64,000 nt of DNA from the human T2T-CHM13v2.0 reference genome, Homo sapiens, in assembly GCF_009914755.1 (NCBI RefSeq), contig NC_060931.1. One strand, 5' to 3'. Each line of letters starts with the position of its first letter. Position 1 is the first letter of the stretch. Positions 42,151-56,324 of this stretch are shown here, in pieces. The notes under the pieces were generated by a model, which worked only from the letters and a program-made list of their open reading frames with translations, did not search any database and was not told the origin of the DNA. The position numbers were made by a program, and so were the translations under genes.

Positions 42151-43760
42151 TTGGGTTTCTGGAGTTGGCTGCTTAATATGATTAGACCCAAAAATGCTAG
42201 GGACTCCACTTCTAATAGTATGGAGAACACTGATAGTCCTTGGCATGAACTATTTAGAGAGTTATGTAAAATAAATGTATTTGACACCCCTGATTCACTA
42301 CTCGTGAGAGGCAAGGAGTTTAGTGACTCTATACATAATACCTTTGACCATATGTGGAGAACCAAGGAACATAATGAAGTTGGTTGGTTGCTCCTAAATT
42401 CACTGGACAAAGTGATGAAAGAAAGTGATGAACTTGGGGATTCTAACTCCTGGCTTTGGAAGCAGATACTGAGGCTCAAATCTGCTAAGATTACCCTTAG
42501 TGAGGGATTCTTATCTCCTGTAAAGAAAGAGCTAAAATTGTGCAAAATCAGTCACAAGTTCTTATCATGAGAGTGGCTGACCTAAAACAAAAGGTGCATA
42601 CACAGCTTCACCAGGTGTCTACTGTTAAATTGAGGGCATTGATTGGAAAAGAATGAGACCCTGCAACTTGGAATGAGGTGTGGGAGGACTCCAGTGAAGC
42701 TGGGGACACCGAGCTTATGAACTCTGATGAAACTTTTGTGCCAGGAGAAACAGCTTCCCCAGCCCCAGTAGTAGCAACATCCCCTTCCTGACCTATGCTG
42801 TCATCAGCCTTTCCACCTTTGTTTAAGGAGATAAAACCTATGCTGCCTGAGGCAACAGTGATGGCCTCCCCTGAGGCAGTTGCCAGGCAAGACAATGTTG
42901 ATTCTTCTCAGTACCCACCACCAACACCTCTGTTTGCTACTAGACCTATAACTAAAGTCCTGGCAGGCCCCTAGAGGTGAGGTTCAGAGTGTGACTGACA
43001 AGGAGGTGTACTACATTTGAAAAAAAACTGCTTGAGTTTTCTAATTTATATAGGCAAAATTTGGAGAACAGGCATGGGAATTAATATTAAGGGTATGGGA
43101 TGATGGTGGAAGAAACTTAGAGTTGGATCAGGCTGAATTTATTGATTTGGGCCCATATAAGTAGGGATTCTGCATTCAATGTTGCAGCTCAGGGAGTTAA
43201 AAAGGGTTCTAACAGTTTATTTGCTTGGTTATTTGAAATGCGGATTAAAAAATGGCCTACTTTGAGTGAGCTGGAAATGCCTGATCTCCCTTGGTTTAAT
43301 GTAGAGGAGGGGATCCAAAGGCTTAGAAGAATGGGATACTGGAGTGGATTAGTCACTTTAGACCTATTCATCCCAGCTGGAGGGTCCAGAAGATATACCC
43401 TTGACCAATGCCTTGCTAAATAGATTTGTGAGGGCAGTGCCTGCATCATCGAAGAGCTCTGTGACTACTCTTCTCTGTATGCCAGATCTAATAGTGGGAA
43501 CCACAGTCACTCAACTACAAAATTTAAATGCAATGGGAATAATTGGATCCTGAGGTGGTAGGGTCCAAGTGGTGGCACTCAATCTTCAAAAGCAAGGTGG
43601 ACATAGCTACTATAATGGACAGCAGAGGCAAAGAGCAATCAGATGTTTGACTCATGTAGAACTCTAGCATTGGCTAATTAATCATGATATTCCTAAAATT
43701 GAAATTAATAGGAAGCCTACTGCATTCTTACTTAATTTACATAAGCAGAAAACTTTGAGG
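42151..43760 (+). pseudogene. gag: HERV-L gag, disrupted
   Basis: MIRPKNARDSTSNSMENTDSPWHELFREL..., WPTLSELEMPDLPWF; frameshifts and stops. Confidence 0.85.
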
Positions 43761-43764
43761 TCAA

Positions 43765-44892
43765 GTGGAAAAAAAGACTAATTTGGATTATAAACACAGA
43801 GAATCACAGCCCCTCAATCAATTTCCAGGTTTAAGCCAGTTTATAGACCCAGAACCCCTTGAATTAAAGGGAGGCTGGCTCTTCTTGAAGAAGGACCCCA
43901 CTACACTACTGTCAATTTATGCTGTTAGTCTCTCTCCCATCCTTACCCAAGGAGGCCTCCGGCCTTTTACCAGGGTAGCTGTGCACTGGGGAAAGGGAAA
44001 TGATCAGACATTTCAGGGACTACTGGACACTGGCTCTGAGCTGACGGTGATTCCAGGGGACCCAAAACGTCATTATGGTCCTCCAGTTAAAGTAGGGGCT
44101 TACGGAGGTCAGGTAATTAATGGAGTTTTAGCTTAGGTCTGACTTACAGTGGGTCCAGTGGGTCTCCAGACTCATCCTGTGGTTATTTCCCCATTGCCAG
44201 AATGCACAATTGGCATAGACGTACTTAGCACCTGGCAGAACACTCAAATTGGCATCCTGACTGGTAGAGTGAGGGCTATTATGTTGGCAAAGGCCAAGTG
44301 GAAAGCATTAGAGCTGCCTCTACCTAGAAAAATAGTAAATCCAAAACAATATCACATCCCTGGGGGGACCGCAGAGATTAGTGCCACCATCAAGGACTTG
44401 AAAGACGCAGGGGCAGTGATTCCCACCACATCTCTGTTCAGCTATCCCATTTGGCCAGTGCAGAAGACAGATGGATCTTGGAGAATGTCAGTGGATTATC
44501 ATAAGCTTAACCAAGTAGTGACTCTAATTACAGATGCTGTACCAGATGTGGTTTCATTGCTTGAGCAAATTAACACATCTGCTGGTACCTGGTATGCAGT
44601 CATTGATTTGGCAAATGCCTTTTTCTCCATTTATGTCTATAAAGCCCACCAGGAGCAATTTGCCTTCAGCTGGCAAGGCCAAAAATATACCTTTATTGTC
44701 CTACCTCAGGGGTATATCAACTCTCTGTCTTTGCATCCTAATTTTATTCAAAGAGACCTTGATCACTTTTTGCTTCCACAAGATATCCCACTGGTCCATT
44801 ATATTGATGACATTATGCTGATTGGATCCAGTGAGCAAGAAGTAGCAAACACATTGGACTTATTGGTGAGACATTTGTGTGGCAGAGGATGA
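43765..44892 (+). pseudogene. pol: HERV-L protease + reverse transcriptase in one frame with two stops near 44134-44142
   Basis: LLDTGSELT protease motif; PIWPVQKTDGSWRM, DLANAFFSI, LPQGY and YIDD RT motifs. Confidence 0.95.
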
Positions 44893-46830
44893 GAAATAAA
44901 TCCAACTAAAATTCAGGGACTTTCTACCTCAGTAAAATTTCTAGGGGTCAAGTGGTGTGGGGCGTATCGAGATATTTCTCCTAAGGTGAAGGATAAATTG
45001 CTGCATTTGGCCTCTCCTACAACCAAGAAAGGCGCAACGCTTAGTGGGCCTATTTAGATTTTGGAGGCAACACATTCCTCATTTGAGTGTGTTACTGCGT
45101 CCCATTTATCAAGTGACCCAAAAGGCTGCCAGCTTTGAGTGGGGTCCAGAACAGCAGAAGACCCTGCAAAAGGCCCAGGCTGCTGTGCACGCTGCTCTGC
45201 CACTTGGGCCATATGACCCAGCAGATCCAATGGTGTTTGAGGTGTCACTGGCAGATAAGGATGCTGTTTGGAGCCTTTGGCAGGCCCCCATATTTGAATA
45301 ACATCAGAGGCCTCTAGGATTTTGGAGAAAGACCCAGCCCTTTTCTGCAGATAACTACTCTACTTTTGAAAGATAGTTCTTGGCCTGTTACTAGGCTTTG
45401 GTGGAAACTGAACATTTGACTAGGGTCATCAAGTCATCACGTGACCTGAACTGCCTATCATAAACTGGGTGTTTTCTGATCCATCTAGCCATAAAGTGGG
45501 TCATGCACAACAGCTTTCCATCATCAAATGGAAGTGATATATACATGATTGGGCTCAAGCAGGTCCTGAAAGCACAAGTAAGTTACATGAGTAAGTGACT
45601 CAAATGCTCATGGTCTTCACTCCTGTCACCCTACCTTCTCTCCACCAGCCTGCACCAATGGCCTCCTGGGGAGTTCCCTATGATCCGTGGACAGAGGAAG
45701 AGAAGACTAGGGCCTGGTTTACAGATGGTTCTGCATGATATGCAGGCACCACCCAAAAGTGGACAGCTGTACCACTACAGCCCCTTTCTAAGACATCACT
45801 GAGGGACAGTGGTGAAGGAAAATCTTTCTGGTGAGCAGAACTTTGAGCTGTGCATCTGGTTGTGCATTGTGCATGAAAAGACAAATGGTCAGATGTGCGA
45901 TTACATACTGATTCATGGGCTGTAGCCAATGGTATGGCTCGATGGTCAGGGACTTGGAAGAAGCATGACTGGAAAATTTTTGACAAAGAAATTTAAAGAA
46001 GAGTTATGTGGATGGACCTCTCTGAGTGGTCAAAAACTGAAGATATTTGTATCCCATGTGAGTGCTCACCAATGGGTGACCTCAGCAGAGGAGGATTTTA
46101 ATAAGTGGATAGGATGACTCCTTCTGACGACACCACTCAGCCTCTTTCCCCAGCCACCTCTGTCAGCACCCATTAGGCTCATGAACAAAGTAGCCATGGT
46201 GGCAGGGATTGAGGTTACTTATGGGCTCAGAAACATGGACTTCCACTCACCAAGGCTGACCTGGCTATGGCCACTATTGAGTACCCAATTTGCCAGCAGC
46301 AGAGACCAACACAGAGCCCTTGATATGGCACCATTCCTCAGGGTGATCAGTCAGCTACCTGGTGTCAGGTTGGTTATGTTGGGCCTCTCGCATCATGGAA
46401 AACGCAGAGGTTTGTCCTCACTGGAATAGACACTTACTTCTGATATGGGTTTGCCTTTCCTGAATATAATGTTTTTGCCAAGATTACCATCCATGGACTC
46501 ATGGAATGCCTTATCCACTGTCATGGTATTCCACACAGCATTGCCTCTGACCAAAGCACTCACTTCATGGCTAAAGAAGTGTGGCAGTGGGCTCGTGCTC
46601 ATGAAATTCACTGATCTTACCATGTTCCCCATCATCTTGAAGCATCTGGATTGACAGAACATTGGAATAGACTTTTGAAGTCACAATTACAACACCAACT
46701 AGGTGACAATACTTTGCAGGGCTGGGGCAAAGTTCTCAGAAGGCTGTGTATGCTCTGAATCAGTATCCAATGTATGCTACTGTTTCTCCCATAGCCAGAT
46801 TTCACTGGTCCATGAATCAAGGAGTTAAAG
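44893..46830 (+). pseudogene. pol: HERV-L pol remainder (connection, RNase H, integrase), disrupted
   Basis: WFTDGS and YTDSWAV (RNase H), HEQSSH...YPIC (degenerate HHCC), IDT/SDQ/E catalytic remnants. Confidence 0.85.
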
Positions 46831-46879
46831 TGGAAGTGGCACCACTCACCATCACCCCTAGTGATCCATTAGTAAAATT

Positions 46880-47210
46880 TTTGTTTCCTGTTCCTGTGAC
46901 ATTATGTTCTGCTGGCCTAGAGGGCTTAGTTCCAGAGGGAGGAATACTGCCACCATGAGACATAACAATGTCTCCATTAAACTGGAAGTTAAGATTGCCA
47001 CCTGGACACTTTGGGCTCCTCCTACCTTTAAGTCAACAGGCCAAGAAGTGAGTCAATCCTAGGTTGATTGACCCAGACTGTCAGAATGAAATCAGTCTGT
47101 TACTCCACAATGGAGGTAAGGAAGAGTATGCGTGGAATACAGGAGATTCCTTGGGATGTCTCTTAGTATTAACATGTCCTGTGATTAAGGTCAATAGGAA
47201 ACTACAACAG
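46880..47210 (+). pseudogene. HERV-L dUTPase remnant
   Basis: NWKLRLPPGHFGLL and IDPDCQNEISLLLHN motifs downstream of integrase. Confidence 0.8.
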
Positions 47211-47263
47211 CCCAATCCAGGCAGGACTGCAAATGAAACAGACCTATCAGGAATGAAAGTTTT

Positions 47264-47266
<3 letters not shown>

Positions 47267-47298
<32 letters not shown>

Positions 47299-47314
47299 AG
47301 AAGAAGAAAAAAAA
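47267..47314 (+). repeat. A30 followed by GAA units and an A-run
   Basis: Read directly. Confidence 0.95.
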
Positions 47315-47747
47315 CCCCTCAACCTCCTGAGGTGCTTGCTGAAGGCAAAGGGAATACAGAATGGGTAGTAGAAGAAGGTAGTCATCAATAACAGCTATGA
47401 CCATGTGACTAGTTGCAGAAATGAGGACTTTAATTGTCATGAGTAATTCTTCCTTTTTTTTTGTGAAGAACATGTTTGTGTAAGTATACACTTGTACTAA
47501 GAAAATATCTTCATTTTATTGATTGTTTCCTTTATCATATGACATAAGATTTATTGACTTCATATCAGCATTTAAGTGTTGTTAGCTTTATGTAACAGCA
47601 TTTGGTTTGGGGATTGGTGCATTTCTGGTTCTATGAAGGATAGTTGTATTATGTTAGGTGTAATTATGACCTTATTATTGTCTTTATGTGAAGGTTATGT
47701 ATGATCTCAGGAGATGAATATAGGTTTAAGTTGACAAGGGGTGGACT

Positions 47748-48193
47748 TGTGATGGTTAATCCTGAGTGTCAATTTGATTGTACGAAGGATGCAAAGCATC
47801 GTTTCTGGGTGTGTCTGTGATGGTGTTGCCAAAGGAGATTAACATTTGAGCCAGTGGACTTGGAGAGGCACACTCACCATCACTCTAGGTGGGAATCACC
47901 TAATCAGCTGCCGGTACAGCCAGAATAAAAAGCAGGCAGAGGAACATGGAGAGATTAGAATGGCTCAGCCTCGCAGCCTACATCTTTCACCCATGGTGAA
48001 TGCTTCTGGCCCTCAAACATCAGACTCCAGGTTCTTCGGCTTTGAGACTCAGACTGGCTCCCTTGCTCCTCAGCTTACAGATGGCCTATTGTGGGACTCT
48101 GTGATCATGTGAGTATGATACTCCTTAACAAATTCCCCTTTATATATACATCTATCCTATTAGTTCTGTCCCTCTTCAACCCTGACTAATCCA
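47748..48193 (+). mobile_element. 3' LTR (MLT2A1/2)
   Basis: Follows PPT; tgtgatggttaat...ctgactaatcca. Confidence 0.95.
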
Positions 48194-51100
48194 GCATCTA
48201 GAAAAGGTCTATTATCCAGCATCTATAAATAACTTAAAGAAAAGTACCAGAAAAAAAAAACCCATTAAAAAGTGGGGAAAGGACATGAACAGATACTTCT
48301 TAAAAGAACACATACACGTAGCCAATAGTCATATGAAAAAAAGCCTAACATCACTGTTGATTAGAGAAATGAAAGTCAAAACCACAATGAGACAGCATCT
48401 CATGACATCATACCAGTTAAATACTATTAAAAAGTCAAACAAAAGAAGAGATGCTGACAATGTTGTGGAGAAAAAGGAACACTTATGCACTGTTGGTAGG
48501 AGTGTAAACTAGTTCAACTGTTGTGGAGACAGTGTGACAATTCCTTAAAGAAAAAGACAGAAATACCATTCAATCCAGCAATCCCATTGCTGGGCATATA
48601 CCCAAAGGAATATAAATCATTCCATCATAAAGACACATGAACACGTATGTTTATTGAAGCACTATTCACAATAGCAAAGACACAGAATCAACCTAAATTC
48701 TCATCAATAAGAGACTGGAAAAAGAAAATTTGGAACATACACACTATGGAATACTATGCAGCCATGAGAGGAATTAAGTCATGTCCTTTGCAGGGACATG
48801 GATGCAGCTGTAGGCCATTATCCTTGGCAAACTAATGCAGGAACAGAAAACCAAATATCACATGTTCTCAGTTGTAAGTGGTAGCTAAATGAGAACACAT
48901 GGACAAATAGAGGGGGAACAACACACACTGGGGCCTGTCAGAGGGTGAAGAGTGGGAGGAGCAAGAGGATCAGGAAAAATAACTAATGGGCATTAGGCTT
49001 AATACCTGACTGATGAAATAGTCTGTACAACAAACCCTATAACACAAGTTTACCTGTATAACAAACCTGCACATGTACCCCTTAACTTAAAATAAAAGTT
49101 ACATAAAAAAGAACTCACTTCTGTCATTTCTTTGTTTTTTATCTTTGTGATAATTCAATTCCTCCATTATATAAGGCCTTCTTATTTTTACTCATTTTTT
49201 GTAGTGTTCCATTTTGGTTACTTTTTTGTTTTATTTTCTGTACATCTTAGTTATTTTCTTAGCTGTTACCTTATGGGCTACTTTTGGCCTTTAAAGTTAA
49301 AAACAAACTATCTTGAATTAATATCATCTTATCTTTAGAGTATACACAAATTTGGCTTCTGTAAACTTCCTTCCCTTTCCCTTTATATTGTTTGCAAAAA
49401 TTAAACCTTTATACATTGTGTGCCCATTAACATAGATTTCTAAGTACTCTTTTCTGCATTTGTTGTTAAAATACTATAGGAAAAAAAGAGAAGTTAAAAA
49501 CCAAAAATACAGTAATATTGGCTTTCTTATTTACCTATTAATTAGCTTTACTAGTGTTACTTATTTCTTCATTTGTCTTCAAGTTATAGTCTAGTGTCTT
49601 TAATGTATTCCTATAAGGTTCCTTTTAACATGTCTTATAAAGCAGGTCTACTCGTGACAAATTTCCTCAGTTTTTGTTTACTTGTAGTGTCTTAATTTTT
49701 TCTTCAATTTTGGAGAAAATTTTGTAAAATATAGAACTATTTGTGTACAATTTTTCTTCTTTCATCACTTTAAATACATGCCCATTGCCTTTGGCCTTGA
49801 TGATTTCTGCTAAAACTTAGCCATTAATCTCTTTAAGGATCTCTTGCAGATGAATAGTTTTATCTTGCTACTTGTAAGATAGTCTTTCTGTCTTTGGCAT
49901 GTATCTGTTTGATTATAATAATTTTGATCTTTTTGTCTTGGTCTTGGAATTCATTGAACTTTTTGTGTTTGTACATTCATATTTTTAATACAATTTGGAA
50001 CCTTTTCAGCCACTATTACTCCAAATATTGTTCTGCCTCTTTCACTATCTCCTGGGCTCTGGGACTTCTGTTATGTGTATTTGGCACTCTTTATGGTATC
50101 CCATAGATGTCTTAAACAATGTTTTTTTCTTCATTCTTTTTTCTTTCTCCTCCTCATGCTAGATAATTTCAACTGACCTATCTGTAAGTTTACTGATTAT
50201 TTTTTATACTTGTTCAAGTAACCCACTTAGACCCTAAAGTAAACTTTTCCTTTCAGTTATTGTACTTTGCATCTCTGGAATTGTTTTGGTTTATGTTATA
50301 ATTCATATCTCTTTATTGATATTCTCTATTTGCTTGGCCATTATTCTCACGGTTTATTTTGATTCTTTTTTCATGTTTTTCTATATGTCTTTAGGCATAT
50401 TTAAAACAGTTGTTTAAAATCTTTGTCTAGTAAGTCTAGTGTCTTACTCTGAAATAATTTCTATTCATTTCTCCTACAATTAAGCCCTACTTTCTTGTTT
50501 TATTTTGTTTTGTTTATTTTGCATGCTTCATTTTATTTAATGCTAAAAATTTGGAACATTATGCTAGGGAAACTAAGGAAATTGTATTTTTTTTCTCTTG
50601 AATGTTTGTTTTTGTTGCCTGATGTGGGTTATAGTTTTTGTTTGTTTAGTGACTATTTGAAACTACTTTTATAATGTCTATACTCTTTGTCAGGTTGTAT
50701 TCAGCTAGCGCTTTGACAGAAATTTTCTGTAACATCTGTAGTCAAAAGGAAAGAGAAAAGAAAACAAAGAGAAAGAGAAATAAAATAAAATAAACGAGAT
50801 AAAAACTTTCTCTATATTTGCAGATTGGCTCTATGTTGAGGTACTCCTTAAATGCTTAGCCTGACCATTTACAACACTATCTTCTCCTCCCAGGTTTCAC
50901 TTAACCTAACAATTAGCCAGAGGTGAAAACTTAAGAGACTTCTCTGGTCTTCTGAGTGTGCATCTTGGCTTAAGCACATGCATTAATTTCTAAATGCTCC
51001 GGTATAGGTAGGAGGCTGACTTAAATGTTCTAATTTTCTAAAGAAACTTTGTCTCCAGCTAATCCTCTCAGACTTTTGGCACACTTATTATTTTCCTCAA

Positions 51101-51895
51101 CTGTAAACTTCTGCCCTGTATGGCAGAAGTTTGTTCATTTACCTTACAACATTTTTTGAGGAATTTCCTTTGCATAGCCACTTTTCCATCCTGAAAAATT
51201 CCAAGGTAGGTAAAACAATGTCAGTTAACTTGTATGACTGCTTTAGGTAGGCCTAGACAAGTCAAAACATACAAACATAATTCTTTGATAATAAGATCTG
51301 CTCTATCTTTGGAACCAACAAGTCCAGTGGCCAAGCTGGAAATGTGGGCTGCTGCCGCTTTCAGACTGCCACTGAACTAGGGAGGAAGTGAGGCAAAGTC
51401 AAGGTAAAATACTGCAAAGCTTCTAAACCATTTTTAAGTTGCCTTTATCCTGGTGTAGTCTTTGCTTTGTTGCTATAAATATTTGAATATTTTCTATTTC
51501 TGATAAAAATTGGTTCTGACCCATTTGCTCAACTATGCAGTGTTTCTTTTGAGAGCCATGCCCTTGACCCTACCTATTCGACCACTTTCACTGATGTCCA
51601 CCTGGATTGAGCACTTTTGATTATGTCTCAGCTTTTTAGCAACCTTTTTATCATTCCTTTTTTAATCTATTCCTCTCTTTCTTTATGCATCAGTATTCTA
51701 CTAGCAGAAAAAAATATGTTTGAATGTTTCTACATTCAAATTTGACAAATTTTCTGTCCTATTTTGGGCTCTCATGGATGTTTAGTAAACAAGTGTGACA
51801 TGTAATAGACTATGGTGGGGAGAGGCTCTTTACATTTTATCATACATAAATGTATAATTTAACAATGTTGTAGAACTATTTAAAAATATTATCAT

Positions 51896-53200
<1,305 letters not shown>

Positions 53201-53644
53201 TAGGCAATATAATCAGATTTAGTTGTTTGTTGTGTACATTCTCATGTATATCCAGAGAAGTAGCTCTAGGTAAGACATAGAAAATGTTATTGAGCATTCC
53301 TTGACCTCATTTGTTTTAGAAAAGAAAAACACTGTGTTATTTTATTAGTAGTACATTATTTTGTAATATTTTCTCTATGACACTGGAGTTGTTATGAGGC
53401 TTAGATATAATAGATGTAAAGCATTTAATGCAGTAAGTACACATAGTACTTTGCACATTGGGAATGCACGAATTTAACTGCAATATAACTGTACTCACAC
53501 AACAGACAGAGAGCCATGCATGCCATTATCTTTAATGAGCATATATCTCAGAGTAAACATCTGATGAGAAATGCAAATCACTTTTTCTTTCTGCTAATAT
53601 CAGTTCTAATGTCTCTCATAATGTGAGTGGATAATATGTGTGTA

Positions 53645-53885
53645 CATATAATAGTGATTGTGCAAGTCTTATTTCAAACCCTAACAGCACCAGTTGAAAG
53701 CCATTATGCTTTAGGCAAATTAATTGTCTTGTATGGACTTTAACTTCCTCATCTCTAAAATAAGAATAAACATAATAGTATCTATTGCACTAAGTTATGG
53801 TGAATATTAAATGAGTAAATATATATGAAGATCTTAAGCTTTAGTACATAATAAGCATTGATATCTGTTACCATCATTATTGTTA
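53645..53885 (+). mobile_element. MIR
   Basis: ttaggcaaattaatt...cttcctcatctctaaaataagaata...attaaatgagtaaatatatatg. Confidence 0.7.
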
Positions 53886-55309
53886 CCATATTACTATACA
53901 GAGATATTAACACAGAATCACATAGATTAATTGAATGGTTAAAAGTCGTTAAAAAATAATATTAATTGGACTTTATTTTTGAGAAACATGCCAAAGATAA
54001 AAAACAGTCCATGTGTAAGATGGATGCCAAAACAGTAAAATTATTGTCATTATTGTCATCATCATAATTATATCCTAGATTAAAGAAGCATTTTAAGTGT
54101 ATTTCGAAGTACTTAGTCAACTAAATGGATGTACATGCCTATTGAGAGATGAAAAATAACACATAAGCATGTTAGCCTACATACTGTTAAAGGTTGATGA
54201 AATAAAATATTTAATTTTTCTGGGCTAGAAGTGAGCCTAGATAATTCTATAAAAGACATAATATGCAGTGACAAATGTATAAACATTTTCAAATAGTGCC
54301 CAATATTGTGATCTAAGTCTTTCTTATTGTACTTTATGAAGTCATATTACCAGCATGATATTTCTTATCTTTGTTTTCTTAGAAATTCATCAATATTTTT
54401 AGCTGAGTGTCAGTAACAAGTGTCTCCTCTTATTCATCTTCATAGAACTCGTAATATTAACTGTGCCTGGAACTTAAGAAACAGACTGTAGAATACTGGC
54501 ATAGGAAGCTATGAGGTTCTCTAGATTTTGTGATAATCTGAAAGTTCTTTTAAATGTCCAAAGTGATACATCAGAGTATAACTTTGTAAGTTAGCTTCAA
54601 TACAATTTTCAAATAGGATGCTTATTCTTCTTGACCCTAGTAGAGTCATGCCTTGTTTAGCCTAAAATCAACCTTGAAAGGTGGGTCAATAAACATGTCC
54701 ATCCTTTGATTCTCGTCACTTCACATTTTGCCATATTTACATCATGGCATTTTCATAATGAGGTTACAGTCTCTGTCAGATTAATATAGATTGTTTAATT
54801 AATTTTGCTCACATCATTAAAAGCAATGAGCTCCCTTAATGTCACTGAGATTGAAAATATAAATATAACATTAGAAAATTAAAACACTCATTAATCTCAC
54901 TGTAGAAATACCTTAAATAAAATAGTACAAATAATTAATACTGACCTACTCAGCATAAAATTTTCAAGACTAAAATTCAGACAACTGGGGTTCGGTTTCA
55001 GAATTTAACATCAGTAGCTACAGCAGATATGGGTGACTTGTTAATACAGTTTTCATTGTCTTCATATAATTGAGTTAATTTTACACTTTTAAAGAATCAC
55101 AAAGAAAAATAAAGTATCAAAAATGTGGAGAAAAATATGTTGGCACATTTAATACTAAGGAATCAGTAAACTAAACAATTGTCCATTTTAAGTAGATCAA
55201 AAGATTGATATATCATCACTGTACCAGAGAAACTATATTTCAGCAAACCAACTAGGAAACAAAAGACTATAGACAAAAATAAAAAAAAACATGAACTGGA
55301 CCATAGCTA

Positions 55310-55435
55310 CATCTTGGTTTCCTGTTCTATCCAATTAGTTTGATTAATGGTTTGTTAACTTATCACTGTCATAAATGTTCAGATGAAAGAGAGGGCATTA
55401 TTATCAAAATTTTGGATGACACAATGTTTGTAATT
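55310..55435 (+). mobile_element. L3/CR1 RT relic
   Basis: cttggtttcctgttctatccaat and atcaaaattttggatgacaca echo the CR1 motifs LGPVLFN and IKFADDT. Confidence 0.45.
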
Positions 55436-55819
55436 GTATTGGTCATTCGATCAAAAAAACTAAAGCTACAAAATTCAGTAATAATGTCTGTAAATAAAGC
55501 TCTTTTTTAATCTTGTAGGACTTTGGAGTGGTTGGTTGCCGGCCTAAATGACACTTCTCTTTATAGAAATGTAGTAGAAACCTACTGGTCAACATGTCCC
55601 ACAGAGGTAGGCAGTGCCTCTGTTAATTACGTAGTGTAACATCTAATTAAAAAAAGACACATACTAGCTACCTAGAAATCTACTAAACCCAATTTTTTTT
55701 TCATATCTTCTATTAAACCAAAGAACGCCACTTGTGTGAGGGCATAAATATCAAACATACAATATCAATAATGTAATCATAGAATGATATAAAGTGACAC
55801 CCAAATGTCAAAAAAGGAA

Positions 55820-56290
55820 TATTTGGAAGACAATTTTTCTTGAATCTCTTCATATGAAAACTTTAGCAGCAAATTTTCTCAGATATATTTCCATTCCAGA
55901 ATACTACATAGATATGTCTCTCTTCAGAGACATTCCAGGGTCATAAAGATAGAGACAACTTCCTTGCCTCCTCAGAGAGATTTGCTTATGATCCAAGGTG
56001 ATAAAGATAATGTCTCTTTGTGAAGGGGAAAATGGACAAGTTCACCAGCCACCCCTACATAAGATTAGAGATGATTTCCAATGCATGCAGGCTTTACCTG
56101 GCTCTCATTATGTCGCCTTGTGAGTGGGGATAAAGAAGCAAGTGTCAGAATGTTACAATCACTGTAAGTAGTAAGCTGTTTAAATCCATTTGGTCTGCTT
56201 GTCTCTTTATTCTACAATCTATGGACATGTGACAAACCAACCTAGCACCTGTTACTGCACAGCTGCTTAGAACTGTGTGATCACTTGACA
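55820..56290 (+). mobile_element. Old ERVL solo LTR (LTR40/41-like)
   Basis: ttggaagacaatt start, repeated aagatagagac/aagataatgtctc units, ends cttgaca. Confidence 0.6.
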
Positions 56291-56324
56291 TAAATGGTAT
56301 ATTTAATATTTTATAATTGAAAAA

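Larger units (their letters stand above)
41635..48193 (+). mobile_element. HERV-L provirus with MLT2A LTRs
   Basis: Two LTRs, PBS, gag-pro-pol-dUTPase order, no env, PPT aaggggtggact, TSD GCATC (41630-41634 / 48194-48198). Confidence 0.97.
41538..49110 (+). mobile_element. 5'-truncated L1PA (PA11-13-like), split by HERV-L into 41538-41634 and 48194-49110
   Basis: ORF2 text continuous across the provirus (aactatgcatc | tagaaaaggtct); 3'UTR caggaaaaataactaatggg; flanks share taaaaaa(n)gaact. Confidence 0.9.
39500..51600 (-). mobile_element. L1MB-age element from 3' end (39500) to 5' end (~51600), internally deleted, split by L1PA plus HERV-L
   Basis: 3' end ttgaggtaaaattaacata; ORF2 remnant [24 protein letters not shown]; 5' end revcomp ggacatcagtgaaagtggtcgaatagg. 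Confidence 0.75.

Noticed and set aside
47064-47491. Poly-Lys and poly-Phe ORFs
   Set aside because: Translation of the A tract in the HERV-L dUTPase/3' region
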